From contig OZ242026.1 in assembly GCA_965204965.1 (NCBI GenBank), forward strand, positions 1,738,458 to 1,802,457: DNA of 64,000 nt. Direction: 5' to 3'. Every line of letters starts with the position of its first letter. Within the stretch, counting starts at the first letter, position 1. Of the stretch, positions 1 to 8,424 are shown piece by piece. The translations under genes and the position numbers were made by a program. Below the pieces are notes generated by a model, which was given only the letters and a program-made list of their open reading frames with translations, was not told where the DNA came from and searched no databases. This stretch comes from Nitrospirales bacterium. Lineage in GTDB: Bacteria > Nitrospirota > Nitrospiria > Nitrospirales > UBA8639.

Positions 1-321
1 GCCGATATTGTGACACACGGCCTTCATCAACTTGATTAAAGCCTCATCCGCTGCTCCCGTTGGTCTAGCAACTGGGGATGTTGCAGCGACAGTAAGAGAA
101 TTTTCTACTGCCTCGATTACTTCTTGGCTGTCAGAAAAAATAACCATTATTTCGTTTAGCGATTCTTGGAATTTTTGGCTGCCAATATCATGACGGCTGC
201 CGAACATTTTTCTTGCAGTTTCCATTTTCATTCTTCGTTTCTCAAGACGCTGGTAAAACCAAGATGAAACTGCTACTCCTATGAGTCGGAGAGTAACGAA
301 GATATTACCATTATTTGCCAT
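1..321 (-). CDS. hypothetical protein with one predicted TM segment; only the N-terminal 107 codons are present (gene runs off the left edge)
   Basis: Hand translation of the reverse strand from ATG (complement of 319-321) gives MANNGNIFVTLRLIGVAVSSWFYQRLEKRRMKMETARKMFGSRHDIGSQKFQ... It stays open to base 1. It is missing from the ORF track only because it has no stop in the window. The DNA is visibly AT-rich compared with everything to its right. Confidence 0.4.
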   Translation of the reverse strand, partial: MANNGNIFVTLRLIGVAVSSWFYQRLEKRRMKMETARKMFGSRHDIGSQKFQESLNEIMVIFSDSQEVIEAVENSLTVAATSPVARPTGAADEALIKLMKAVCHNIG

Positions 322-388
322 TCGACCATTTTGGGTCTCCCCTAACTTATCTTGTCACTCGTAGCAAAAAGCAGAGCGAGACGCAAGA

Positions 389-1417
389 TTACTCTTGCAG
401 GCTTACTTGCAACCGGTCTTGCAAGCCCGAGGACACGGACACGGTGCCGTCCGCGGCGACGATCACGCCTTCGACGCCGGGCAGGCGTTCGATCAACGCC
501 ATGCCTTGTTCCGGTCCCATGACGAAGATGCCGGTGTCCAGGCCGTCGGCCAGCACGCCGGTTTTCGCCACGACGGTGACGCTCTGCGAGAGACGTGCGG
601 GCTGGAGCGTTTGAGGATCGAGAATGTGATGGTAGCGAATGCTGTCTTTCTCGAAGTAGCGCTGATAATCGCCTGCCGTGGACACGGCTTCATCTTCGAG
701 TTCGAGTTGCCCGATCGTGATCCCGTTCTCCTTTCGGGGATGCTGGATGCCGAACACGAACCGTTGACCATCGGGCAGACGGCCAAAGGTCTTGATGTCC
801 CCGGAAATGGCGACCACACCCGACGAAGCCCCGGCTTCCCGCATCACACGAGCTGCGAAATCCGCGGCATACCCCTTGCCGATACCGCCGACATCCACCC
901 GCATCCCGGAACGAGCCAGAAACACGGTGCCCGCCTGCTTATCGATTTGAATGGCGGAAAGATCCATGAGCGGGCGCGTGGCATCCAATTCTGCCCGTGT
1001 GGGGATGCGTCCTTCCCGACTGACGTTCCAGGCCTCTACGGCCGGACCGATGGCAACGTTGAAGCCTCCCTGCGTCAACCGGGCCATTTCCATGGAGTGT
1101 TCCAACAGTTCCAAGGTTTCCGGACCGGCCTTCACGGCGCGTTGCCCGGCCCCGGCATTGATTCGGGAAAGTTCGCTGTCCGGAATCCATGTACTCAGGA
1201 TTTGCTCCAGGCGATGGATTTCCGCGAATCCTCGTTCAATCACCCCGTTGGCCAGTCGTTTGTCCGGAGCCACGGCAGTCAGAAAGACCAGCGTGCCCAT
1301 ATGCATCTGGCCACGCTTGACCACGTGCGGTGAAGCAGCCTGTCCGGTCAGATCAGGACAACAGAGGAACGAAATACCCAAAAGAGTCAACAAGAGGAAA
1401 GGAATCCGGAGTCTCAC
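389..1417 (-). CDS. apbE: FAD:protein FMN transferase (ApbE family), predicted lipoprotein
   Basis: ORF 389..1747 carries ApbE-like blocks (DVGGIGKGYAADFAARVM, AVSTAGDYQRYF..HHILDP). I moved the start to GTG at 1417 (VRLRIPFLLLTLLGISFLCC signal/lipobox) because the upstream part of the ORF reads through a REP-like palindrome. Confidence 0.85.
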   Translation of the reverse strand: MRLRIPFLLLTLLGISFLCCPDLTGQAASPHVVKRGQMHMGTLVFLTAVAPDKRLANGVIERGFAEIHRLEQILSTWIPDSELSRINAGAGQRAVKAGPETLELLEHSMEMARLTQGGFNVAIGPAVEAWNVSREGRIPTRAELDATRPLMDLSAIQIDKQAGTVFLARSGMRVDVGGIGKGYAADFAARVMREAGASSGVVAISGDIKTFGRLPDGQRFVFGIQHPRKENGITIGQLELEDEAVSTAGDYQRYFEKDSIRYHHILDPQTLQPARLSQSVTVVAKTGVLADGLDTGIFVMGPEQGMALIERLPGVEGVIVAADGTVSVSSGLQDRLQVSLQE

Positions 1418-1418
1418 T

Positions 1419-1456
1419 CCCTCTCCCTTGGTGGGAGAGGGCTGGGGTGAGGGGGG
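1419..1456. repeat. REP-like GC-rich palindrome, type I (CCCTCTCCC-N5-GGGAGAGGG followed by CTGGGGTGAGGGGGG)
   Basis: 9-bp perfect stem 1419-1427/1433-1441 plus a G-rich tail. The same unit recurs at 4201, 5571, 28536 and 40889. Confidence 0.8.
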
Positions 1457-1586
1457 TACGTTGCAGCCGTCCATTATACCCCCCACCGTCTCAGCCGGCG
1501 CCTGACGGCTTGGCTTCGGCGACTCCCCCTCAAGGGGGGAGTGATAATCCGTTCCCCAATTTCCCTCATCTGTCATCTGCGGCGAC

Positions 1587-2161
1587 TTAGCGGCGACGGA
1601 AATATCTGGCATTCGGTTGCCCGTCAACCATAAATCCGCGCGTTTCGAACGTCTCGGGTTTCGGCAAAACCGTTGCAATAGGCGTGCGTTCCGACCCAAG
1701 CACTGCGGAAAATTTCTTTGAGAACTCCGCCTCTCCTTCAAGGACACGGATTCTCACGTGCCGAATGGTCCGAGGCGTTTCAAGCTCTATTTGCCACGAG
1801 CCCAAATACGCCAGTTTTTTCTCGGGAACGCGAAAAGCCAATTGGACGTGAGATTCCACCCTGAACGGGCCTTCACTGAATTGCAAACGGTCAACGACAT
1901 ACCTTCCCGCGGGCAGCCTCGCGGAAAACACGCCTGATTGCGAATTCACGTTTACCCGGGACCGTACTCCGGTTTCTTCATTCGACACGAAAAAAAACCT
2001 CAATTTGGCCGGATACATGCGGGGATAACGGCCCTTGGTCTCACCTGAACGTAACCGAATGCCAATTCATGCGTCGTCACATCCAAGGACGTCTCCGGGA
2101 CCCCTGACACACATCCCATTCCCGCCATAAGAGAAAAGACCATCAAAAGGATTTTTCCCAT
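1587..2161 (-). pseudogene. lipoprotein gene apparently interrupted by a frameshift (signal-peptide ORF 2000..2161 plus body ORF 1587..2018)
   Basis: ATG at 2161 has a strong AGGAGG SD 5 nt upstream and encodes MGKILLMVFSLMAGMGC (lipobox). It stops after 53 aa. ORF 1587..2018 overlaps it by 19 nt in another frame and has no signal peptide or SD of its own. Confidence 0.45.
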
Positions 2162-2267
2162 GACGCCTCCTAAGCCGGTCCGATGCCTGAAAAGCATAGA
2201 GCCACCCATCTGATTTTACCAACACACGCACCTTGGTGTATGCATATTTTTCGTCAACAGAATAAAG

Positions 2268-2296
2268 TTGACAGGCTATCGAAAATCCTCTATTTT
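2268..2296 (+). promoter_or_regulatory. candidate sigma70-type promoter (TTGACA-17 nt-TATTTT)
   Basis: TTGACA at 2268-2273, a 17-nt spacer and TATTTT at 2291-2296, in an AT-rich divergent intergenic region upstream of the Com-like gene. Confidence 0.4.
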
Positions 2297-2324
2297 AAAA
2301 ACCGTTATCAAAATCAATCTGGTC

Positions 2325-2349
2325 AAAAATAAAAATCATTTTTATTTTT
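2325..2349. promoter_or_regulatory. perfect 12-1-12 AT-only palindrome (AAAAATAAAAAT-C-ATTTTTATTTTT), possible operator
   Basis: Read directly from the sequence. It lies between the candidate promoter and the start of the Com-like gene at 2400. Confidence 0.35.
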
Positions 2350-2399
2350 TGCAATCATGTGGCAAATTTGCTACATTCACGTTGTTTTTATTTCAAGCA

Positions 2400-2597
2400 A
2401 TGAATTTTGACAGAAACACGAGGTGGGAGGGGAAACAACTCAAGCCCGCCGAAGCCAGATGCGAATGCGGCCAACTCATCGCAAAACTTCGCGGGGATAT
2501 GCTCGAAGTCAAGTGCAAACGCTGCAAACGGATTGTCTCCATTTCCTACAATCAACTCAAAAAGAGCGAAGTCATCTTGGCGCCATGTACGCAATAG
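2400..2597 (+). CDS. small Com-like zinc-ribbon protein (65 aa)
   Basis: MNFDRNTRWEGKQLKPAEARCECGQLIAKLRGDMLEVKCKRCKRIVSIS follows the RC.C..L(L/I)AK...LE(I/V)KC.RC pattern of Mu Com-type zinc ribbons. The start was chosen at the internal ATG of ORF 2268..2597. A paralog lies at 28182..28376. Confidence 0.5.
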   Translation: MNFDRNTRWEGKQLKPAEARCECGQLIAKLRGDMLEVKCKRCKRIVSISYNQLKKSEVILAPCTQ

Positions 2598-2730
2598 CCG
2601 AAGAGTCAGCGTACCAATAAAGAGGCCGACAAATACGGTAAACACTTCAAGAAATAACACGTGAGGGCCACAAGAGCCCCTTTAGTGACCAGAGGACCGG
2701 CAAGAGTCCCCAATACAAGGAGGTCGTCCG

Positions 2731-4191
2731 ATGCGACGATTTTTTTTGATCACGGGGGCCTTGGCAGTCCTCATGATTATGCCACAAGCAACGGTTTGGG
2801 CTGAGGATGCGGATTTCACTCCCGCCCAAATGAAACAGATACGCAAAATGTTTGAAGAGTGGTCAAAGCAACAGCGACAGCCACCGGCGGGAGCCGTGGC
2901 GCGGCCGCCGGCCCCACCGGCCAGAAAGGGGTCTTCCGTGCCGACCATGGGTGACACGACAAAGCAGTCGATCCGGTACGGCCAGGAATTCTCGGGTGGT
3001 AGCGGCCTGCAGGGTGGACGGACCATCTACGCCAGACCCTTCGTCAAGGCTCCGAAAACCATCCTCGGTGGGTACATCGATTTCACGCTCACGAAATGTA
3101 ACAACGGGGGAGCACGGGATTGTGACAAGGTGTCGGGATTCGACCAGGAGCGCTTCGTGCCGTTCTTCTATTCCCAGGTCACGGACCGGCTCAGCGTGGC
3201 AGCGGAACTCGAGGTTGAACACGGCGGTCCCCAAGGCAATCAATCGGACGGGGACATCAAGATGGAATTCGCCACCATGGACTACCGGTTCAACGACGCG
3301 TTCAACCTGCGGGGCGGCATCATCCTGGTGCCCATGGGCCGGTTCAACCTGATCCACGACTCGCCCTTGAACGATTTGCCTCTTCGACCGATGGTGAGCC
3401 GTTCGATCCTGCCTTCCACGTTTGCCGAGAGCGGGATCGGCTTTTTCGGCACGTTCTATCCGAGCGCACTCTCCAAAATCGACTACGAATTATACGTCGT
3501 CAATGGCTTTGTCGGAGATAACGGACAGTTCAGGGATGGAAACGGGACGCGAGGGTCGCGTGGAAGCCTTAAAAAGGATAACAACGAAAACAAGGCGATC
3601 GTCAGCCGTGTCTCGTTCAGCCCGATGCTGGGTGTAGAGGTGGCCGGCTCTGTTCACCACGGCAAATGGGACAAGAAGGACGAGTATGACCTGACCCTGT
3701 TCGCCATTGATGGGGCTCTGCAACGAGGCCCTTTTGAACTCATGGGTGAAGCCGCCTGGGCCAACGCCGACGGGGGCGGGCTATATCAGACTGTGGCGGG
3801 GACAGTATCTCGTCAAGACGGTGACGACTCAAACAGGCGCCAAGTTGAGCAAGAAGGAGGCGAATTCTATGTCGTCCCCGAAAACATGTTCGGATATTAC
3901 GTGCAATTGAATTACCACTTTATGCCGGAGGGCCTCACCAGGGCACTGCCCAGCTATTTTGGCCAAGACTCGACGTTTACGGGCATCCTTCGTTGGGGAA
4001 AGGCGGACACCAACACCGATTCCGACATCAACCCGAATGACGAGGAACGATTGACCTTGGGGCTCAATTTCCGGCCGGTGGAAGACTCGGTCATCAAGTT
4101 CGCCTATACGTGGAACAGGAAGGGCGTGAACAATCCTGCGGGAGCCACGAATCACAACGGGTTCCAATTCAACTTGTCGTCGTATTTCTAA
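2731..4191 (+). CDS. outer-membrane beta-barrel, porin-like protein
   Basis: Signal peptide MRRFFLITGALAVLMIMPQATVWA, alternating beta-strand-like sequence, and a C-terminal ...FQFNLSSYF aromatic terminus typical of OMPs. Confidence 0.6.
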   Translation: MRRFFLITGALAVLMIMPQATVWAEDADFTPAQMKQIRKMFEEWSKQQRQPPAGAVARPPAPPARKGSSVPTMGDTTKQSIRYGQEFSGGSGLQGGRTIYARPFVKAPKTILGGYIDFTLTKCNNGGARDCDKVSGFDQERFVPFFYSQVTDRLSVAAELEVEHGGPQGNQSDGDIKMEFATMDYRFNDAFNLRGGIILVPMGRFNLIHDSPLNDLPLRPMVSRSILPSTFAESGIGFFGTFYPSALSKIDYELYVVNGFVGDNGQFRDGNGTRGSRGSLKKDNNENKAIVSRVSFSPMLGVEVAGSVHHGKWDKKDEYDLTLFAIDGALQRGPFELMGEAAWANADGGGLYQTVAGTVSRQDGDDSNRRQVEQEGGEFYVVPENMFGYYVQLNYHFMPEGLTRALPSYFGQDSTFTGILRWGKADTNTDSDINPNDEERLTLGLNFRPVEDSVIKFAYTWNRKGVNNPAGATNHNGFQFNLSSYF

Positions 4192-4200
4192 ACGAAAGGC

Positions 4201-4233
4201 CTCCTCATCCCCCTCTCCCTCCAAGGGAGAGGG
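4201..4233. repeat. REP-like palindrome type I, inverted orientation
   Basis: CTCCTCATCC-CCCTCTCCC-TCCAA-GGGAGAGGG. The C-rich tail is on the left, so it is the reverse complement of the 1419 copy. Confidence 0.75.
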
Positions 4234-4244
4234 GGGAAGAAATT

Positions 4245-4700
4245 ATGAGTAGACACGTTGTTCTTTCCTTGTTTCTGATCGTCTCCACGGTGGGGTGCGC
4301 CACGATGTCGGGCGCGCCCAGCACCGTGAAGGCGGCCTGTTCCTATGACCAGGCCTGGTCCGTAGCCCTCGCGAGTATGAACGAATTCGTGTTGACTCAA
4401 GAGGACAAGAACAAAGGGGTGATTGAAACCGAGTGGGCAACCTTTGCCTCCGGGCAAAGCATCGGGGTGTTCCAACGCCAGGGCAACAAGGAACGCGCGC
4501 GGTTTTTTGTGAACGTGGAAGCGGACCGGCAGCCGGTCAGGATCTCGATCCGGCAAGCCCGGGAGTTTTTTTCTCCCGTGGGCGCGCGGTCGCAAGGCAT
4601 AGCCTGGAAACGCATTCCACCCAACGCCGCGGAAGAACGGCGTCTGGTCCAACGGATTACCAATCAACTGCTGAGTGAGGGATGTACGGTTGTCGGTTGA
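4245..4700 (+). CDS. lipoprotein, function unknown
   Basis: MSRHVVLSLFLIVSTVGC lipobox. The start was set at the internal ATG because the upstream ORF portion crosses the REP element. Confidence 0.6.
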   Translation: MSRHVVLSLFLIVSTVGCATMSGAPSTVKAACSYDQAWSVALASMNEFVLTQEDKNKGVIETEWATFASGQSIGVFQRQGNKERARFFVNVEADRQPVRISIRQAREFFSPVGARSQGIAWKRIPPNAAEERRLVQRITNQLLSEGCTVVG

Positions 4701-4725
4701 TACGAAGTCTTGCGAGGCCTCAGGA

Positions 4726-5502
4726 ATGAAGGGACAGAAGAGAAAGACACTGGATTCCCGCTTTCGCGGGAATGACAGATTCGGGGTGTGGTGGACTCTT
4801 TCCATACCACTCCGGCTTGCGGTTATTTTTTCTGCTTGCAGTGTTTTAACGGGGTTTTCTTCTTCCCAAGTTCTCGCCCAAGGCGGACCTCAGGAACAGA
4901 TCTGGGACCATGAGCTCAACCGCTGGCTCACGCCGGAAGAACTGGGCCATCTGGAAATTTATTTTACCGAGGAAGAAGCCGCCAAAGTCATGTTCCCGGA
5001 TTCGGAAAAAATCCGCAGGGAAACCCTGCAGTTGACGGCCGAGCAAAAGGCGTTTGTCGAACAAGTCATCGGCTGGGAATTCCCTGAATACACCTTCGAC
5101 GTCTTCATCGGGGAAACCCAGGGAAACATCGACGGATACGCGGTCATCCAAAATACCATCGGCAAGCATCGCCCGATTACGTACATGGTGGGCGTCACCT
5201 CCACTGGCGAATGCATGAACTTTGAAGTACTGGTTTACCGGGAGGCCCGGGGTAACGAGATCGCTACGAAACGCTTCAATTACCAGTACCAGGGGAAAAC
5301 CATCGGTGACCCGGTACGGATCAATCGAGATATCCTCAACATCACCGGGGCCACGATGTCCGTGCGATCGGCGAGCGCCGGGGTGAAACGCGTGCTTGTC
5401 CTGGTGAATGAATTTTACTTGAAGCCCCGCGGGCTCGGCCGCGACGTCCTTGCGGCCACCACAAAGGAAAAAGGATTCTTTGAAACACTCTTGGGACTCT
5501 GA
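4726..5502 (+). CDS. exported FMN-binding (FMN_bind) domain protein with a flavinylation motif
   Basis: The C-terminal half resembles the NqrC/RnfG/PplA-type FMN_bind domain. It contains LNITGATMSV, where T-G-A-T is encoded at 5344-5355, i.e. the [S/T]GA[S/T] site targeted by ApbE. An N-terminal hydrophobic segment is present. The start is uncertain (ATG 4726 with GAGG SD, or GTG 4786). Confidence 0.7.
   Translation: MKGQKRKTLDSRFRGNDRFGVWWTLSIPLRLAVIFSACSVLTGFSSSQVLAQGGPQEQIWDHELNRWLTPEELGHLEIYFTEEEAAKVMFPDSEKIRRETLQLTAEQKAFVEQVIGWEFPEYTFDVFIGETQGNIDGYAVIQNTIGKHRPITYMVGVTSTGECMNFEVLVYREARGNEIATKRFNYQYQGKTIGDPVRINRDILNITGATMSVRSASAGVKRVLVLVNEFYLKPRGLGRDVLAATTKEKGFFETLLGL
4750..4776. repeat. 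short palindromic element CTGGATTCCCGC-TTTC-GCGGGAATGAC
   Basis: 8-bp stem 4754-4761/4766-4773. It gives the recurrent pseudo-peptides LDSRFRGND / SFPRKRESS seen in ORF-track entries on both strands. Confidence 0.6.
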
Positions 5503-5527
5503 AAGAAGAGGATAAATCCCGCAAACT

Positions 5528-5556
5528 CTACCTCCCCTACCCCCTCCTAGGAGGGG
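5528..5556. repeat. REP-like palindrome type II (CTACCTCCCCTAC-CCCCTCC-TA-GGAGGGG)
   Basis: Reverse complement of the unit at 10471..10506. Confidence 0.7.
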
Positions 5557-5570
5557 AATTTAAGGAAGCG

Positions 5571-5607
5571 CCCTCTCCCTTGGAGGAAGAGGGCTGGGAT
5601 GAGGGGG
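5571..5607. repeat. REP-like palindrome type I (degenerate stem)
   Basis: CCCTCTCCCTTGGAGGAAGAGGGCTGGGATGAGGGGG aligns with the 1419 copy. Confidence 0.7.
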
Positions 5608-5699
5608 AATCGTCAGCAAATGAGTGAACACAAACAGAAATGACAGACGGGGCTCAATGACAGACGGAAGTCAGGGCTCTACGTGAACATTCGATTGCA

Positions 5700-6227
5700 A
5701 TGCGGAATTTCAATACCCGGTTTCGGCTACGCGACACCGACCGGCAAATCCGGCTGGTATACACTTGGTTTCTGTTCATCATGTTTGTGGGATTCGTCTT
5801 CACCTTTATCTGGGCGCACAGCATGACCGACCTGACGCCAAAGGGCATTGCCCTTCACTATCGCGGATCTCCCGAAAATTTCGGCGAGCCCATGTCCTTC
5901 GGGCAATTGGCCGAAACCACGCACTTTCACTTGTTCACGCTACCCGTCGTATTCCTGATTATGGTGCACGTCTTGTACCTGACCATGGCCGGACCTCTCA
6001 CGAAGGTGCTGACCACGTGGTTCGCGTTTGTGGGCGTGACATTGGATCTTGTATCGCCGTGGCTGATCACCTACGTGTCTCCCCTCTTCGTGGTGACGCT
6101 GTTGACCGGCGACGTTCTCATGACGGTCACGTTTTTGATCATGTTCGCGATTCCCATGTACGAAATGTGGGTTTTGAGATATCCCCTCATGATGGGAAAA
6201 GGTGCCGATACGAATAAGACTTCCTGA
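5700..6227 (+). CDS. small integral membrane protein (about 4 TM) with conserved-looking His residues
   Basis: 175 aa with four long hydrophobic stretches. His residues sit at or within TM boundaries (WAHSM, HYRG, THFHLF, MVHVLY). A rho-independent terminator follows. Confidence 0.6.
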   Translation: MRNFNTRFRLRDTDRQIRLVYTWFLFIMFVGFVFTFIWAHSMTDLTPKGIALHYRGSPENFGEPMSFGQLAETTHFHLFTLPVVFLIMVHVLYLTMAGPLTKVLTTWFAFVGVTLDLVSPWLITYVSPLFVVTLLTGDVLMTVTFLIMFAIPMYEMWVLRYPLMMGKGADTNKTS

Positions 6228-6266
6228 TAGATCCGTTGAATAGAGCCAGAGACCATGCGTCCAGAG

Positions 6267-6302
6267 CCCAAGCGTGCCGTAGGCATCCTTGGGTTTTTTT
6301 TG
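6267..6302 (+). terminator. rho-independent terminator
   Basis: CCCAAG-CGTGCCGTAGGCATC-CTTGGG followed by a run of nine T. Confidence 0.65.
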
Positions 6303-6460
6303 TTGAGGGAGTGGGAAATACCCCATTCCTTGATGCCGGAAGGCAACCTCCTCCTGATACGCCTCCCGGCCCCCCCTACTGGACAAGAGAAGGGACTGCT
6401 CTCTTCTTCCACTAACTTCCCCCAAATAGACACGCGTTTCAGATATGCGGTAGCCCAACG

Positions 6461-7102
6461 ATGAACTCGGACATTATCACCGAACGAGACATTGACAACG
6501 CCTCTCTCTTCGATGCTGCCAGCAGTGCCCCCGCCGACAAAAGACGTCCGCGGTCGGCCTCTGCCGACATCGTCGCGAAGGACAAGGATTCCCTTACCCC
6601 ATCCGGTCCGGCCAATCAGGATGCCCTTCTCCGTGAATTGTTTGCGTATATAGTCAATTGGGCCAAACGTTTCTATCGCGGCCGGCAAAACCATGACCGT
6701 CAAAAAATCGTGGAATTCGTGTCACGGGCCCTCGTGCCTGATGCCTCCTTTCCCGCATCGTCCACTTTCAGCTTGCCCGACCAGATCCACGAATTCATGG
6801 TCACCCACCTGCATCAGGGATTGACGCTCAAGGAGTTGTCGGAATTTTTGGGATATTCAGAAAAATATTGCTCTGATTTTTTCATACTGCACATGGGAGA
6901 GCCCTTCTCCGTGTATTTGAAAGGGCTGCGTCTTCAAACGGCCAAACTCCTATTGAAGAATTCGGAACAGAATTTGACGCAGATAGCACAAGCCATCGGA
7001 TTTCAGGATCAGTTTTCTTTCAGCCATTTTTTCAAAAAGGCGGCGGGCTTGTCGCCACGGCAGTTTAGGGACAGCTTTTCCGTGTCCGGTTCTCGAACAT
7101 GA
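6461..7102 (+). CDS. AraC/XylS-family transcriptional regulator with a short non-canonical N-terminal region
   Basis: C-terminal double HTH (LTLKELSEFLGYSEKYCSDFF...LTQIAQAIGFQDQFSFSHFFKKAAGLSPRQFR). Its stop overlaps the next start (ATGA at 7099-7102). Confidence 0.8.
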   Translation: MNSDIITERDIDNASLFDAASSAPADKRRPRSASADIVAKDKDSLTPSGPANQDALLRELFAYIVNWAKRFYRGRQNHDRQKIVEFVSRALVPDASFPASSTFSLPDQIHEFMVTHLHQGLTLKELSEFLGYSEKYCSDFFILHMGEPFSVYLKGLRLQTAKLLLKNSEQNLTQIAQAIGFQDQFSFSHFFKKAAGLSPRQFRDSFSVSGSRT

Positions 7103-8424
7103 GTTCAGGTGAAAAGGAGCGACGGCGGATGTCCTCCGGTGACACCTCGGCTAAAGATGCGCCGGACTTGGATGACCTGATCATAGAGCACAAGTCGCCT
7201 CGCAAAACAAGAAGATTCCTCAAAGGCATCGCGTTTGTCGCAGGAACCGCCGTGCTTCTTTTTTCCATCAATACCTACTTGACCGGTGATCCCTCATCAC
7301 GCGCCACGCGCGTGGAGTTGACCTACGTGCAACGCGTGTCCAAGGTGCCCACCCGAGGGGCCTTGACGGCCACGGGGTACGTCGTCGCACAGAGGCAAGC
7401 CTCCGTCGCGTCAAAAGGAACGGGCCGTTTAACGTCCGTTCGGATTAACGTCGGCGACCGGGTGACCGCGGGGCAAATTCTGGCAACCATAGAACAGGCT
7501 GACGTTCAGGCGAAGCTCTTGCAATCCCAAGCCCGCTTGGACGTCGCGAAGGCCGCCCTGGCCAATGCCCGGCCCGAGTTGCGGGAAGCCACCCGCCATT
7601 ACCAACGCCTGAGAGTGTTACGGGATCAGGGCCTGTTTACGCAGGACGAATTCGACGTGGCGGAAGCCCGTCTTCGCCGGTCGCGGGCTGGGGTGCGATC
7701 ATCGCGTTCCGCCGTGGCCCTGGCACAAGCGGAAATACAAACCGTGCAAATAGAACTCGAAAACACCTTGATTCGAGCCCCGTTCGATGGAACCGTCATA
7801 CAAAAATTCGCGGAAATCGGCGAAATGGTCGCGCCCATGGCCGGGGCCTCTAACTCAAGAGGCTCAGTGGCCGCGATCGCCGATTTGAGCACGCTGCAGG
7901 TTGAGGCTGCAATTTCGGAGTCGTTTCTCAATTCGGTGCGCCTCGACCAACCGGCACGGATCCGTCTCGAAGCGGTTCCGGACCGCGTCTATCACGGGGG
8001 CGTCAGCCAAATTGTCCCTGCGGCAGATCGGACGAAGGCCGCCATTCCCGTAAAGATTCGAATTGACGACCTGGATGAAAAGATCTTTCCGGACATGAGT
8101 GCCACCGTAACCTTTTTGGAAGACTCGACTTCGGCCTCTCCAAAAGAAATACCGATCGACACCGTGGGCGTTCACCCCGAAGCCATCGTGACTCGAAACG
8201 GTCAAACGATGATCCTGCTGGTCGTGAATGACGTGGTGTCGGAAGTGCCCGTGGAAATCGACTCGGAGCTACATGGTCTCATTCCCGTTCGGGGAGAAGT
8301 TGTCGAGGGCGATACCGTGGTCATGAGCCCGCCCGAAGATCTCTTCGCCGGCAGCCTTGTCCAAGCGCGTTCCCTGGAATCCGGAAGGGATGGGTCCGGC
8401 CAAAACCCGAGGAATCGAAAATAA
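7099..8424 (+). CDS. HlyD/MacA-type periplasmic adaptor subunit
   Basis: N-terminal TM segment, lipoyl-like and coiled-coil segments (GQILATIEQADVQAKLLQSQARLDVAKAALANA), and a beta-barrel segment (IRAPFDGTVIQKF). Confidence 0.8.
   Translation: MSSGEKERRRMSSGDTSAKDAPDLDDLIIEHKSPRKTRRFLKGIAFVAGTAVLLFSINTYLTGDPSSRATRVELTYVQRVSKVPTRGALTATGYVVAQRQASVASKGTGRLTSVRINVGDRVTAGQILATIEQADVQAKLLQSQARLDVAKAALANARPELREATRHYQRLRVLRDQGLFTQDEFDVAEARLRRSRAGVRSSRSAVALAQAEIQTVQIELENTLIRAPFDGTVIQKFAEIGEMVAPMAGASNSRGSVAAIADLSTLQVEAAISESFLNSVRLDQPARIRLEAVPDRVYHGGVSQIVPAADRTKAAIPVKIRIDDLDEKIFPDMSATVTFLEDSTSASPKEIPIDTVGVHPEAIVTRNGQTMILLVVNDVVSEVPVEIDSELHGLIPVRGEVVEGDTVVMSPPEDLFAGSLVQARSLESGRDGSGQNPRNRK

Noticed and set aside
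395-1333. 312-aa + strand ORF overlapping apbE
   Set aside because: It is antisense to a gene with clear family motifs. Its composition (Arg/Gly/His-rich) is typical of shadow ORFs in GC-rich DNA.
6071-6703. 210-aa - strand ORF spanning the end of the 4-TM gene, the terminator and the start of the AraC gene
   Set aside because: It crosses a rho-independent terminator and two better-supported genes, and has no recognisable domain.
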